A stretch of 64,000 nt of DNA from contig JACQSY010000016.1 of assembly GCA_016211085.1 (NCBI GenBank), positions 20,501 to 84,500 of the forward strand. The letters run 5' to 3'. Origin of the DNA: Acidobacteriota bacterium. GTDB taxonomy: Bacteria > Acidobacteriota > UBA6911 > RPQK01 > JACQSY01. Positions within the stretch are counted from its first letter, which is position 1. Every line of letters begins with the position of its first letter. The notes beneath the pieces were generated by a model, which had not been told where the DNA came from, made no database searches, and was given only the letters and a program-made list of their open reading frames with translations. Positions 37,488 through 46,917 of the stretch are shown here, one piece after another. A program made the translations under genes and the position numbers.

Positions 37488-37775
37488 GTGCATCGTATTT
37501 ATATCAACACGCACACGCGTAGAATTGCGGGAATTGATGTCGGCGACAGAGTCCGTCTCAGCCTTCAGTATGATCCTGCGCCGCGATTGCTTCCGGTTCC
37601 GGATGAGCTCAGCAAAGTGCTGGCGAGCAATAAACGAGCTCGTGTTGCCTGGGAAAGCTTATCGCCTTCACATCGAAAAGAATACCTTTCTTATCTGAAT
37701 GCGCTTAAGACGAGAGAAAGCGTGGAGCGTAATGTTAAAAAAGTAATGGAGAACCTGTTAAAGCACGAGAGCTGA
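37488..37775 (+). CDS. YdeI/DUF1905-related small protein, possibly N-terminally truncated
   Basis: GTG start. GIDVGDRVRLSLQYD (end of DUF1905) followed by the YdeI-type tail WESLSPSHRKEYLSYLNALKTRESVERNVKKV. The frame is open upstream to 37317 but has no ATG there. Confidence 0.55.
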   Translation: MHRIYINTHTRRIAGIDVGDRVRLSLQYDPAPRLLPVPDELSKVLASNKRARVAWESLSPSHRKEYLSYLNALKTRESVERNVKKVMENLLKHES

Positions 37776-37829
37776 ACTGCGCGCTTCACGAAGCGCTGCA
37801 CCTGCTGTCTTTCCCTTCCTCATCACAGA

Positions 37830-38534
37830 ATGTTGCGTATTCATTATTTCCAGCACGTTTCTTTTGAGGGTCCGGCCCACATTGAGGCGTGGGCGCGTTC
37901 ACGCGGGCACCGGGTCTCCTCAAGCCGTTTGGATCTAAGTCAGCCATTGCCACCGCTCGAGGAGATTGATCTGCTCGTGATATTGGGCGGCCCGATGGGC
38001 GTTGACGACGAAAAGCGGTTCCAGTGGCTGGCCGAGGAAAAACGTTACCTGGAACACGCGGTTCGCTCTGAAAAGATGATCCTGGGAGTTTGCCTGGGGG
38101 CCCAGTTGGTTGCCCGGGTGCTGGGTGCACGGGTTTTTCAAAATGCGCACAAAGAGATCGGCTGGTTTCCTCTGGAGTGTGTCTCTGACCGAGCGCCTGG
38201 TTGGCCTTGTGGGATGCCCGAGCGCTTTGATGCCTTCCACTGGCATGGCGATACCTTTGACCTGCCTCGCGGCTCCGTACACCTTGCTCGCAGTCGCGCT
38301 TGTGAAAACCAAGCCTTCAGTTACGGTCCGGCTACGCTGGCGCTGCAGTTTCACCTGGAAGCAACAGCGCACAGCGTTTCACAGCTCGTCGATCACTGTC
38401 CTCAGGATCTACGACCGGGTGCTTATACACAAAGTGCTGAGCAGATGAAGGCGGTACCCGCTCCGGTCTTCGAACGGATGCACGCCCTGCTTTTTAGGAT
38501 TTTGGATGGGCTGAGTTCTCAGGTAATGCAATAA
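37830..38534 (+). CDS. class I glutamine amidotransferase-like protein (GMP-synthase-type GATase domain)
   Basis: 234 aa. Nucleophile elbow ILGVCLGAQLVA, plus FHWHGD. Confidence 0.8.
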   Translation: MLRIHYFQHVSFEGPAHIEAWARSRGHRVSSSRLDLSQPLPPLEEIDLLVILGGPMGVDDEKRFQWLAEEKRYLEHAVRSEKMILGVCLGAQLVARVLGARVFQNAHKEIGWFPLECVSDRAPGWPCGMPERFDAFHWHGDTFDLPRGSVHLARSRACENQAFSYGPATLALQFHLEATAHSVSQLVDHCPQDLRPGAYTQSAEQMKAVPAPVFERMHALLFRILDGLSSQVMQ

Positions 38535-38606
38535 AGCGAAGGTACGAGGCGCCGAGGAAAGGCAAGAATGTGAGGCCGTACGGGTCAATTGCGAGCGGCT
38601 TACCCA

Positions 38607-40301
38607 TCAAAGCGGCAAATCGATGATGAAGGTGCTCCCGGTACCGGTTCCGGAGCTTTCGGCTCGGATCGTTCCTCCGTGCGCATGGATGATCTGGCGT
38701 GTAATGGAAAGCCCCAGCCCCAGGCCCCCGTGTTTTCGTGCGGTGGAGAAGTCCGCCTGCCGAAAAGGTTCAAAAAGGTAAGGGAGGAACTCAGGCGCTA
38801 TGCCCGTGCCTGTGTCCTGTACGGTGATAACAGCCCTTCTGTCCTGCCGGCAGAGTGTGACTGAAATCAAGCCTCCCGGCCCAGTAAATTTCACGGCGTT
38901 GTTCAGAATGTTGCCCAGCGCCTGCATGAGACGGCCCCGGTCAGCGCGCATCACCACAGGAGCGTCAGGCAGATTCAGCGCTAGTTCCAGCTGTTTCTGA
39001 CGCATGGATTCGGAGATGGAATCCAAACACTGGCTGAGCAGTACCGATAAGTCCGCTTCATCCTCTTGCAAGTGCAACTGTCCAAATCGCGAGGACGACA
39101 AGGTCAGTAGGTCCTCGATCAGGCGCGCCAGAAGCCGGGCGTTTCGATCAATCACGTCCAGGCCGGTTTGTACCGACAGCTTTCGTTGCGGATCGCGCAG
39201 CAGGTTGGACCACCCGATGATGGGGGTAAGGGGCGTTCTCAACTCATGTGAGAGCACTGCCAGGAATTGGTCCTTAGCGCGGTTCGCCTCTTCTGCAGCC
39301 AGGCGGGCCTCTTGCTCGGAATGGTAAAGGCGCGCATATTCCAAAGCCTGCGCAATGCGATCCGCAACCAGTTTCAAAAGCTGCTCATCCTCACTGGTAA
39401 ACATACGCTTCTGGTTTGTGCATACCTCCACCACTCCAATCAGTCGGCCTTCGACCATGAGAGGCGCGCCTAAGGCAGAACGGATACCTCTTTGGCTAAA
39501 CCCGGGATACCGGCTCTCGATTTCGCGCGGGTCGCTGATTGCCAATGATTCTTGTTGCTGAGCGATTTTTCCAGCAAATCCTTCGCCCACCCGGATTGCG
39601 CCAGAGGAAGCTTCTTCTAATCCCAGCACACCTACCGGCGTCAAAGTCTGCTGGTCCTCGTTCAAAAGGAGAATTGCGGCCATGTCCGCCCCGACGACGC
39701 TGCGAATGCGGTTGAGCAGTTCGGGGACGAGTGTTTCCCGGGTGAGATTGGAAAATGTGGCGTCGGTCACGAGTTGCAACCGCCGCATAAGCTCGGCACG
39801 TTGTTCAGCAGCAGCCCATGCCATTTGCTCCTGCGCCAGCTGCGAGCGTTCCTGCTCAGCTTGTTTTCGCTCGCTGATGTCGCGCAGGATGACGGTGAAG
39901 ATCTTCCCTCCTTTGCTCTCGAGCTTGGAAATGGAGGCCTCGGCCGGGAATTCTGTGCCATCCTTGCGCCTGCCGGAGATCTCGCGACGTTCGCCCATCT
40001 TTCGCGCGGTTTCGGGAGCAGATGCGAACTGTTCCACATGCCGGCGGTGAACCTCCGCAAAACGGACGGTAAGCAAGAGGTCCAGGGGCTTTCCGATTAC
40101 ATCTGAAGCAACATAGCCAAAGATTTTTTCTGCGCCCTGGTTGAAAAAAGTGATGTTTTGTTCTTCATCGGTAGAGATGATAGCGTCGTCCGCAATATTC
40201 AGGATATCGGCGAGGCGTTCTGCGTCCGCTACCTGACTTGCGCTTATACTCGGGTGCTTTGACTTTGAGTGTTCCAACCCTTTCCATATTACCTCATGCA
40301 C
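38607..40301 (-). CDS. PAS/GAF sensor histidine kinase (no adjacent response regulator)
   Basis: PAS (ITFFNQGAEKIFGY), a GAF region, H-box SHELRTPLTPI, and ATPase N/G boxes NNAVKFT, DTGTGI and GGLGLGLSI. Confidence 0.88.
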   Translation of the reverse strand: MHEVIWKGLEHSKSKHPSISASQVADAERLADILNIADDAIISTDEEQNITFFNQGAEKIFGYVASDVIGKPLDLLLTVRFAEVHRRHVEQFASAPETARKMGERREISGRRKDGTEFPAEASISKLESKGGKIFTVILRDISERKQAEQERSQLAQEQMAWAAAEQRAELMRRLQLVTDATFSNLTRETLVPELLNRIRSVVGADMAAILLLNEDQQTLTPVGVLGLEEASSGAIRVGEGFAGKIAQQQESLAISDPREIESRYPGFSQRGIRSALGAPLMVEGRLIGVVEVCTNQKRMFTSEDEQLLKLVADRIAQALEYARLYHSEQEARLAAEEANRAKDQFLAVLSHELRTPLTPIIGWSNLLRDPQRKLSVQTGLDVIDRNARLLARLIEDLLTLSSSRFGQLHLQEDEADLSVLLSQCLDSISESMRQKQLELALNLPDAPVVMRADRGRLMQALGNILNNAVKFTGPGGLISVTLCRQDRRAVITVQDTGTGIAPEFLPYLFEPFRQADFSTARKHGGLGLGLSITRQIIHAHGGTIRAESSGTGTGSTFIIDLPL

Positions 40302-40348
40302 AAGCAGAACCTGGAAAGATGCAAAACATTCTTTTCAACGTTCGGGAG

Positions 40349-41470
40349 TTAAACGCTGGGTCTCGGGATCAGATGAATGGCGGAAGCTTTAACGGAGGCG
40401 GCAACGGAAGAACCTGGAGCCAGGTGCAGGTCGTGCAACGCCTGGCGAGTGATGGAGGCAAACAAACGGATTCCCACGTCGAGTTCTACGAGCACGCCGA
40501 GGCCCCTGGGAGTGATATCAACCACGGTCCCTTGCAGATGATTTCTCGCGCTGCTCTGAATGGGCGCGCCGATTTCCAATGTAACATCTTCAGCGCGGAT
40601 GCAGACATAAACGCTGCGATAATCTCCGCCGCGGTCGGCCACGTGCAAGAGTGTTTTGCCGGCGCGGACCTCAAGCATACCTTCGTGACGTCTCATCACT
40701 TCTCCCGTTTCCACGGATTCCGTGCCGAGCGCAGCGGCGACATCCACGTGGGCAGGACGTGAAAATACATCCTGGGGTGTGCCGCACTGCAAGATGCGGC
40801 CGGCCGAAATAACCACCAGCCGATCACCCAAAGCCAGTGCTTCCGTCCAGTCGTGGGTTACCAACACGGCCGGAATGCCCAGCTTTTTGAGAAGCCCCCG
40901 CAGTTCGGTGCGCAGCAACTGGCGAGTCGGTTCGTCCACGGCGGTGAGTGGTTCGTCGAGCAGAAGTAGCCGCGGAGCGCGGACCAGCGCGCGGGCCAAT
41001 GCGACCCGCTGCTGCTCTCCTCCTGAAAGTTCACCGGCATAACGGCGAGCCAGCTTTTCAATTTTTAGCAACGCGAGCATCTCCTCTATGCGGCGATGAC
41101 GCTCCGGTCGCGGCAGGTGACGCAAAGCGTAGCCTACGTTGCCTTCGACGGTCAGGTGCGGGAACAGGGCGTAATCCTGGAACACATATCCGATCCGGCG
41201 TTTTTGAGGCGGGACAAAAATACCCGCTGCCACGTCATTCCACACGTCCTCACCAAAAGTGATTTTGCCTGAGGAGAGAGGCTCCAGCCCCGCTAGGCAT
41301 CGCAGGACAGAGGTCTTGCCGGCCCCTGAAGGTCCAAAGAGCGCTGTCACCTTCGCACTGTCGATCGGCGCCTCAAAGCGGCAGTCGAGGAGAAAACCTG
41401 AGGAATAACGTTTGATCAGGGTAGCGCTGATCTTGCCCGGGGCTGCTATTACTTCAGAGGTGCCGGCCAT
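40349..41470 (-). CDS. modC: molybdate ABC transporter ATP-binding protein
   Basis: Walker A GPSGAGKTS, signature LSGGEQQRVALARAL, Walker B LLLDEP, and a C-terminal TOBE/Mop-like domain. In an operon with modB and modA. Confidence 0.88.
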   Translation of the reverse strand: MAGTSEVIAAPGKISATLIKRYSSGFLLDCRFEAPIDSAKVTALFGPSGAGKTSVLRCLAGLEPLSSGKITFGEDVWNDVAAGIFVPPQKRRIGYVFQDYALFPHLTVEGNVGYALRHLPRPERHRRIEEMLALLKIEKLARRYAGELSGGEQQRVALARALVRAPRLLLLDEPLTAVDEPTRQLLRTELRGLLKKLGIPAVLVTHDWTEALALGDRLVVISAGRILQCGTPQDVFSRPAHVDVAAALGTESVETGEVMRRHEGMLEVRAGKTLLHVADRGGDYRSVYVCIRAEDVTLEIGAPIQSSARNHLQGTVVDITPRGLGVLVELDVGIRLFASITRQALHDLHLAPGSSVAASVKASAIHLIPRPSV

Positions 41471-42129
41471 AGTTTCCAGATTTGCCTATTGGCTGCATAT
41501 ACGAGGGCGAGCACCACAAACGAGAAGACAAGCAGCACCGCCGACGTCATACCTGCCGCCGCGTAATCGAGCGCTTGAACGTTATCGTAAATATCAATGG
41601 AAACTGTTCGCGTCACCCCCTCGATATTCCCTCCCACCATCAGCACGACGCCAAACTCACCCAGAGTATGCGCAAAGCTGAGCACGAAAGCCGTGATCAC
41701 ACCTGGGAGTGAGGCAGGAAGAATCACTCGCACAAAGGTGCCCCATTGGGACACCCCCAGTGTCCATGAAGCCTCCATAAGGCGGCGGTCAACGGCGCTG
41801 AAAGCAGCCGCAAGTGGCTGCACGGTAAATGGAAGGCTGTAGAGGCAGGAAGCCACGACCAGACCTTCAAAAGTAAAAGGCAGAGTGGATCCAAAGAGCT
41901 GTTGATAAAGCTTTCCGAAGGGGCTGCGCGGCCCGGAACCTATCAGCACATAAAACCCGAGCACCGTGGGAGGCAAGACCAGCGGAAGAGCCACCACCGC
42001 CTCCACTAGAAATTTCCAGCGCTTCTGGGAATAGGCGATCCAGTAGGCGAGCGGCGCCCCGATGATCAGGAGAAAGAAAGACGTAGTGAGCGCCAGTTCC
42101 AGGCTAACGCGGACGGCATTCCAGTTCAT
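41449..42129 (-). CDS. modB: molybdate ABC transporter permease
   Basis: 226 aa. CysTW-type permease with an EAA-like loop (MEASWTLGVSQWGTFVRVILP). Confidence 0.9.
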   Translation of the reverse strand: MNWNAVRVSLELALTTSFFLLIIGAPLAYWIAYSQKRWKFLVEAVVALPLVLPPTVLGFYVLIGSGPRSPFGKLYQQLFGSTLPFTFEGLVVASCLYSLPFTVQPLAAAFSAVDRRLMEASWTLGVSQWGTFVRVILPASLPGVITAFVLSFAHTLGEFGVVLMVGGNIEGVTRTVSIDIYDNVQALDYAAAGMTSAVLLVFSFVVLALVYAANRQIWKLWPAPLK

Positions 42130-42932
42130 TTTTGCACCTCATTCGTGAGACCATCCACTACAAAGCCAGAGCTGCGCAGGACCGATCGACTGTATTCCCC
42201 AGATACCCACTCAAAGAATCGACGCGCAGCAGGAGCAGTCGCGCGCTTGTCGTGCCGAAGGAGTACGACCGCCTGATTCAGTGGCGTGTGTGCCTCCTCC
42301 GGGACTTCCCAATGGATGCCGCTGGCTTTCATTTCCGGTGAGACGGCAAGCGACAAAGCAATGATGCCTGCGTCGGCCGCACCCGATTGTGCAAACTGAG
42401 CTGCTTGAGAAATGCTCTCTCCGTAAATCAACCGCGGCAGCACGTTCTCATAAACCCCGTAATGACGCAATGTCTCAATCGCCGCCCGGCCATAGGGGGC
42501 ATGCCGCGGGTTTGCAATGGCAATCTTCCTCATGGAGGACGACTGCAAAGCTTTGATCCCCAGCGACTCTACATCAAGGCCCGATTCAGCGCGAGTCCAC
42601 ACGGCCAGCCTTCCCCTGGCATAAACGTACAGCGAGCCTGCCAGCGCCAGCTGCTCTTCCTGGAGACGGCGCGCGTATTCAAGATCCGCCGAGAAAAACA
42701 CGTCGAAAGGAGCACCGTCTCGAATCTGGGCGTAAAGGTTTCCGGAAGAGCCGAAGGAAACCTTGGCCCGGTTGCCGGTGAGTTGTTCAAAACGTTTGGC
42801 GATTTTCTCAAGCGCGAAGGTCAGGTCTGATGCCGCCGCGACTCGCACCTCGTTTTTAGGGAGAGGAGCGGCGCTGCAGAAGGTAAGGAGAGTAAGATAT
42901 CCAAACAAAAAAAAGCGCGCAAGCACATGCAT
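42126..42932 (-). CDS. modA: molybdate ABC transporter substrate-binding protein
   Basis: Signal peptide. ModA blocks VAAASDL, SFGSSGNLYAQI and IANPRHAPYG. Confidence 0.88.
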   Translation of the reverse strand: MHVLARFFLFGYLTLLTFCSAAPLPKNEVRVAAASDLTFALEKIAKRFEQLTGNRAKVSFGSSGNLYAQIRDGAPFDVFFSADLEYARRLQEEQLALAGSLYVYARGRLAVWTRAESGLDVESLGIKALQSSSMRKIAIANPRHAPYGRAAIETLRHYGVYENVLPRLIYGESISQAAQFAQSGAADAGIIALSLAVSPEMKASGIHWEVPEEAHTPLNQAVVLLRHDKRATAPAARRFFEWVSGEYSRSVLRSSGFVVDGLTNEVQK

Positions 42933-42957
42933 CCCTGCGCGCTAGTATACAGCTACA

Positions 42958-42994
42958 GCAAGGGCTGGACATCGCGTCCAGCCCTTGCTTTTCT
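42958..42994. terminator. 13-bp GC-rich hairpin GCAAGGGCTGGAC-ATCGC-GTCCAGCCCTTGC, with a T-tract on the plus strand
   Basis: Perfect stem 42958-42970/42976-42988, followed by TTTTCT. It lies 30 nt downstream of the stop of minus-strand gene 43021..43458 and 25 nt upstream of the modA ATG. Confidence 0.5.
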
Positions 42995-43020
42995 CGTCTC
43001 AGCCGGCTCGTGGACTGAGC

Positions 43021-43458
43021 CTAGTCATCCAGCTCCGCCTGCCGCATGCGGCCGTTCAAACTGACTTTTTTAAGCTCCTGAGTCTTCAACTCGCGTTCGA
43101 GTTCGGATTCCATCACTTTGCTGCTTCCCGTGAGCCCGGTGATCAGGATTTCAGAGAGGAAATAGCGGTCATTGGGATACTTGTTGAAAACCACTAACGT
43201 TTCCTCGGCCACCTTGCCGTTTTCAGGACGACTCAGGAAAATGGCGGAAGCGAAGTTTTCTTCATTGCGAATTACCAGTGAGTCCGGCTGCAAGGACATG
43301 ACTCGTGAAATGCTGTATTCACCTGATGGAAGAGTTTTTTCTCCCACCATAAAGCTAAACGGGACATCCACGATCACGCGCGGTGAGGCTATTTCAGCGG
43401 AGGTAAATTGCCCGTGAACGATGAGTAGAGGGAAAATCAATAAAAGGAGTTTTTTCAT
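43021..43458 (-). CDS. hypothetical secreted protein
   Basis: 145 aa with a signal peptide (MKKLLLLIFPLLIVHG) and SD GGAGAAGG upstream. GC looks lower than the neighbours by eye. No domain recognised. Confidence 0.6.
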   Translation of the reverse strand: MKKLLLLIFPLLIVHGQFTSAEIASPRVIVDVPFSFMVGEKTLPSGEYSISRVMSLQPDSLVIRNEENFASAIFLSRPENGKVAEETLVVFNKYPNDRYFLSEILITGLTGSSKVMESELERELKTQELKKVSLNGRMRQAELDD

Positions 43459-43722
43459 TGTACCTTCTCCTTCTGTTTTTTAGATGAACAAAGCTTTGTT
43501 CTTATACCCCCGTTATAGCAAATGGCATGCCAGTGGGCTTAACGCTCTAACGGATTGTTATTACTTAGCTTATGGTTGAGCGTTCTATCTAGCCCGGCCC
43601 GGAAAAACGGGTCCATTTTCCCGGCCGGGACAGCCGTAACTTCCAGGAGGACCCTGTGGCCGCCCCAAAGCGGCGGCTCTGAATTCACAGATTTTCGCGG
43701 AGTCCGGGTTATTTCCTGACCA

Positions 43723-43791
43723 CGAAGCGCCAGCGCAGCAAGCGCTTGCGTTGGTTGCAGCAGGAGCGCTCGTTGGCACTCGCGCCTCTGA
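43723..43791 (+). repeat. intergenic repeat, copy A (contains palindrome GCAAGCGCTTGC at 43738-43749)
   Basis: 59/69 identical, without gaps, to the reverse complement of 45522-45590 (hand alignment). Confidence 0.65.
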
Positions 43792-44045
43792 AACAGGTGC
43801 CTGTGGCTGCGTTGCCTTGAATCGCCGCTGCAATTCATCGAACCAGTAAGCTCTCAGGCTCCGGCACATTGGAACAATATGATTGGCAATAAACAAAGCC
43901 AACCCCGAATCAGATCACCCTTAGTTGGCCGGGGAAGTCCGGTTTTTGCCGGGGGTGCCAGGTCCTTTTCGAGAATATCCGGAAGGCTTTTCCGGACAGG
44001 AAAAGCGGGGATTATAAGACTTGACACCCTGCATTTTACTTCCCT

Positions 44046-45485
44046 ATGATGGCGCACAATTACAACCGGGGGGGTTCAATGTCGAACGGAAATTCAAGCA
44101 CATCAAAGAGTTTTATCACCGTTGGCGTTGCTGTTTTGATAGGCGTGCTGTTGTTGCTGCTTCTTCCAGGCCAGGGCCTCGACTTCAAGGGCAGGTGGAT
44201 TGTGGCCGTTATTGCCATGACGGTGGTTCTCTGGGCTTCGAGCAGCATTGAGAATGCCGCCGCCACATTCCTGATGCTTGGCGCGCTGGTGGCAGGAGGA
44301 ATTCCGGCCAGTCAAGTCTTGAGCGGATATGCATCCGGAGGTTTTTGGATTCTCCTGGCGGTGCTTTATTACGGATTTGCAATGAGAAAGTCAGGACTGG
44401 CCACTCGAATTTCTTACTCCATCCTCGGGTTGTTTCGACCGAGCTATGCCAGCTTGCTTTTCTCCTTTTTACTGATCGGAATCGTATTGTCTCTGGGCGT
44501 ACCTTCGATGACGGTACGCACGGCCATCATGGTGCCCATTGCCTGGGCGTTGGTGCAGGCAATCGGGTTGCAGTCAAAAAGTGCCGGCTCGGCGTTGATC
44601 ATACTCACCTCGGTGGAGATGGCGGTCTTGCCCGGCGTGGCTTTTTTGTACGGGTCTTTGTGGGGACCGGCCGTGGAGAGACTGTTCACGTCCAATAACC
44701 TCCCACTCTCGTGGCTGGAATACGCCAAGGTGATGACGCTGCCCACCCTCTTTTGGTGTGTGGTGTTGGTACTGGCGAACTTATGGTTATTGAGACCTCA
44801 CGAGTCACTGCAGATGGATCCGGCTTTTGTGCAGGACCAGCTTAAGAAACTGGGCGGCTGGAAGAAAGCAGAGGTGATTACCGCGGTGATCATCGTGTTC
44901 TCCATCCTTTTCTGGATTTTGGAAAGCTACCATCATCTTCCGGCTTATGTTCCCGGGCTGTTTGCCTTTTTGATTTTTTCCCTCACGGGTATCCTTACGC
45001 CGACGGAAATCTCCACGGGTGTTCCCTGGCCGCTCCTTCTCTTTCTGGGTGGGATCTTCTCACTTCCTGCAGTCTTTGAAGGAAACCAGGTCAACAATTG
45101 GCTTTCGCTCATCCTGGTTCCGATTGTCAGTCCGTTTATGGGAAATCACTTTCTGCTCTTGTTCATCATTGGATGCGGGATGTTCCTGTTGAGGTTTATC
45201 GATCCAACAGGCTTTGTGGTCTTGGCTTCGGTGTTTCTTTCTCTGTTCGCGGTATTGATGAACGTCGGCGTATCTCCTCTGGTCTTCATCGGAACCATAA
45301 TTTTTGCCGCACACCCATTCTGGGTGACCTATCAAAATTTCTGGGTGGCCATGTCGGAGGGCATTACTGACAACCAGGCCTTTACCTCGGGACAGAAGAT
45401 TTCCTTTGCCACTGTCTACGCGGTGGTTACGCTGGTTAGCATTGTGCTGTCCGTTTTTTATTGGAAATGGACCGGCGCGCTTTAG
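44046..45485 (+). CDS. anion permease, DASS/SLC13-like (ArsB/NhaD superfamily) transporter
   Basis: 479 aa and highly hydrophobic, with many TM helices. Family call is from overall composition and layout only. Confidence 0.7.
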   Translation: MMAHNYNRGGSMSNGNSSTSKSFITVGVAVLIGVLLLLLLPGQGLDFKGRWIVAVIAMTVVLWASSSIENAAATFLMLGALVAGGIPASQVLSGYASGGFWILLAVLYYGFAMRKSGLATRISYSILGLFRPSYASLLFSFLLIGIVLSLGVPSMTVRTAIMVPIAWALVQAIGLQSKSAGSALIILTSVEMAVLPGVAFLYGSLWGPAVERLFTSNNLPLSWLEYAKVMTLPTLFWCVVLVLANLWLLRPHESLQMDPAFVQDQLKKLGGWKKAEVITAVIIVFSILFWILESYHHLPAYVPGLFAFLIFSLTGILTPTEISTGVPWPLLLFLGGIFSLPAVFEGNQVNNWLSLILVPIVSPFMGNHFLLLFIIGCGMFLLRFIDPTGFVVLASVFLSLFAVLMNVGVSPLVFIGTIIFAAHPFWVTYQNFWVAMSEGITDNQAFTSGQKISFATVYAVVTLVSIVLSVFYWKWTGAL

Positions 45486-45521
45486 CCTCGCCGATGTAAC
45501 TGAACCAACCACGGTTGCCAA

Positions 45522-45590
45522 TCAGGGGCACGAGTGCCAACGACTGCTTCTGGTGCAAGCAACACAAGCGCTTGCTCCGCTGGCGCTCCG
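45522..45590 (-). repeat. intergenic repeat, copy B (inverted relative to copy A; palindrome CAAGCGCTTG at 45565-45574)
   Basis: See copy A. It lies ~105 nt upstream of the MFS gene start. Confidence 0.65.
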
Positions 45591-45696
45591 CGCGCGCCTC
45601 TGATACACCCGACGCCGTGTCATCTCCGGCTCCTACTGTGCAGACGCGGCCTGGAGCTAGCCTCTCTCCAAGCGCCGTGGCTATACTGGACAAGAC

Positions 45697-46917
45697 GTGG
45701 ACACTCCATCGCGAGCACCTCAGGGCTTCCATGCTTATCTGGCGTTAGGTGCGCTTTTAAGTCTCACTACCTGGATGCTCCTGCTTCTTCCGAACTATTT
45801 GAAGCAGGAGGAGTGGTCTTCTCAGTCGGTAGGCTGGGTCATGGGGTTGTACTTTCTAGCCAATGTTATTTTTCAAACGGCGGCCGGTCGTCTTTCGGAG
45901 CGATATGGAAGCGTGCGGGTGGCTTTCTGGGGCGCGGTGGTGGCAACCGCCAGCGGAGTTCTCTACGTAGCGGCGTTGTGGGGGACTCCCTTGTTTTTTG
46001 CAGCCCGTGTGGTTCACGCCATGGGAACCGGGATGGTAACGGCCGGAGCTTTAATCGGGCTGGTTCATTCCGTCCCGCTTCACTTGAAGGGCCGTGTCAT
46101 CGGCTATTTTGGACTCCCTGGCTTCGTCATGCTCGGCATTGGGCCGGCTGTGGCGGAAGCATTTATTTTCAACTGGGGCTTCCTGGTGACTTTCGTTGCC
46201 CTGACGTTTTTTTTCTTCTCCATGGTGATCATCTTGTTACGGCTCCCCCGCAATCTGTCAGGCCCTGATCCTTCGGGAGGCTCTTTTGTGGATGGCCTCA
46301 GATTGACTGTTCCCCGGCTCAAATCAGTTCTGCTGTTTTCCTTGCTTTTTGGCTTTTGCTCTTCCGTGTGGAACAGTTTTCTTGCTCCGGCCGTGCGGGT
46401 TCTTGGGGCGGGAGCTGTTTCAGCTTTCGGGATTGGTTATGGGCTGGGTGCGGCCATTACACGGGTGAGCGTCAGCCCGCGGCTGGATACGGGAACGAGG
46501 AGATTGCTGGCCATTTCCAGCCTGGTAATCTACGGAGTGGGGCTGGCATTGATTCCGGCCGCCGGCCGCAGATGGCATCTCGGTCTCCTAGGGATGATTT
46601 GCGGGACCAGCCATGGGACCTTTTATCCGAGCCTGAGTTCCATTGCCACCGAACGTTTTCACCCTTTGCATTCCGGGCAGGGGCTGGGCCTTTACATCTC
46701 CGCTTCCAGCCTGGGGATGTTCATGGGACCTCCGGCGTGGGGCGCGCTGGCGGATGAAATCGGTTTAGGGCGGGTTTTTGTGGCAGCGGGTATTCTGCTG
46801 GCGGTTGCCACAGTCCTCTTTGTTGTCGGTCAATCGCGTTACAAAGGCTTGAGACGTTCTTCAGGAACCTCGACCTGGGAAACCCCTTTGAACGAAAAGA
46901 GCAGCTTCACGAGATAA
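45697..46917 (+). CDS. MFS transporter
   Basis: 406 aa, ~12 TM helices, GTG start. MFS-like loop GRLSERYGS. Confidence 0.85.
   Translation: MDTPSRAPQGFHAYLALGALLSLTTWMLLLLPNYLKQEEWSSQSVGWVMGLYFLANVIFQTAAGRLSERYGSVRVAFWGAVVATASGVLYVAALWGTPLFFAARVVHAMGTGMVTAGALIGLVHSVPLHLKGRVIGYFGLPGFVMLGIGPAVAEAFIFNWGFLVTFVALTFFFFSMVIILLRLPRNLSGPDPSGGSFVDGLRLTVPRLKSVLLFSLLFGFCSSVWNSFLAPAVRVLGAGAVSAFGIGYGLGAAITRVSVSPRLDTGTRRLLAISSLVIYGVGLALIPAAGRRWHLGLLGMICGTSHGTFYPSLSSIATERFHPLHSGQGLGLYISASSLGMFMGPPAWGALADEIGLGRVFVAAGILLAVATVLFVVGQSRYKGLRRSSGTSTWETPLNEKSSFTR

Noticed and set aside
42944-42949. TATACT hexamers 9-11 nt upstream of the modA ATG (minus strand, plus-strand coordinates 42944-42949) and of the MFS GTG (45682-45687), hinting at leaderless mRNAs.
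   Set aside because: There are only two instances, no convincing -35 boxes, and no TSS data.
43539-43838. ORFs 43539..43838(-) and 45406..45603(+), which share a similar peptide and could be taken for paralogous small proteins.
   Set aside because: The similarity is explained by the inverted DNA repeat. Outside the repeat the ORFs have junk-like composition, and no RBS is evident.
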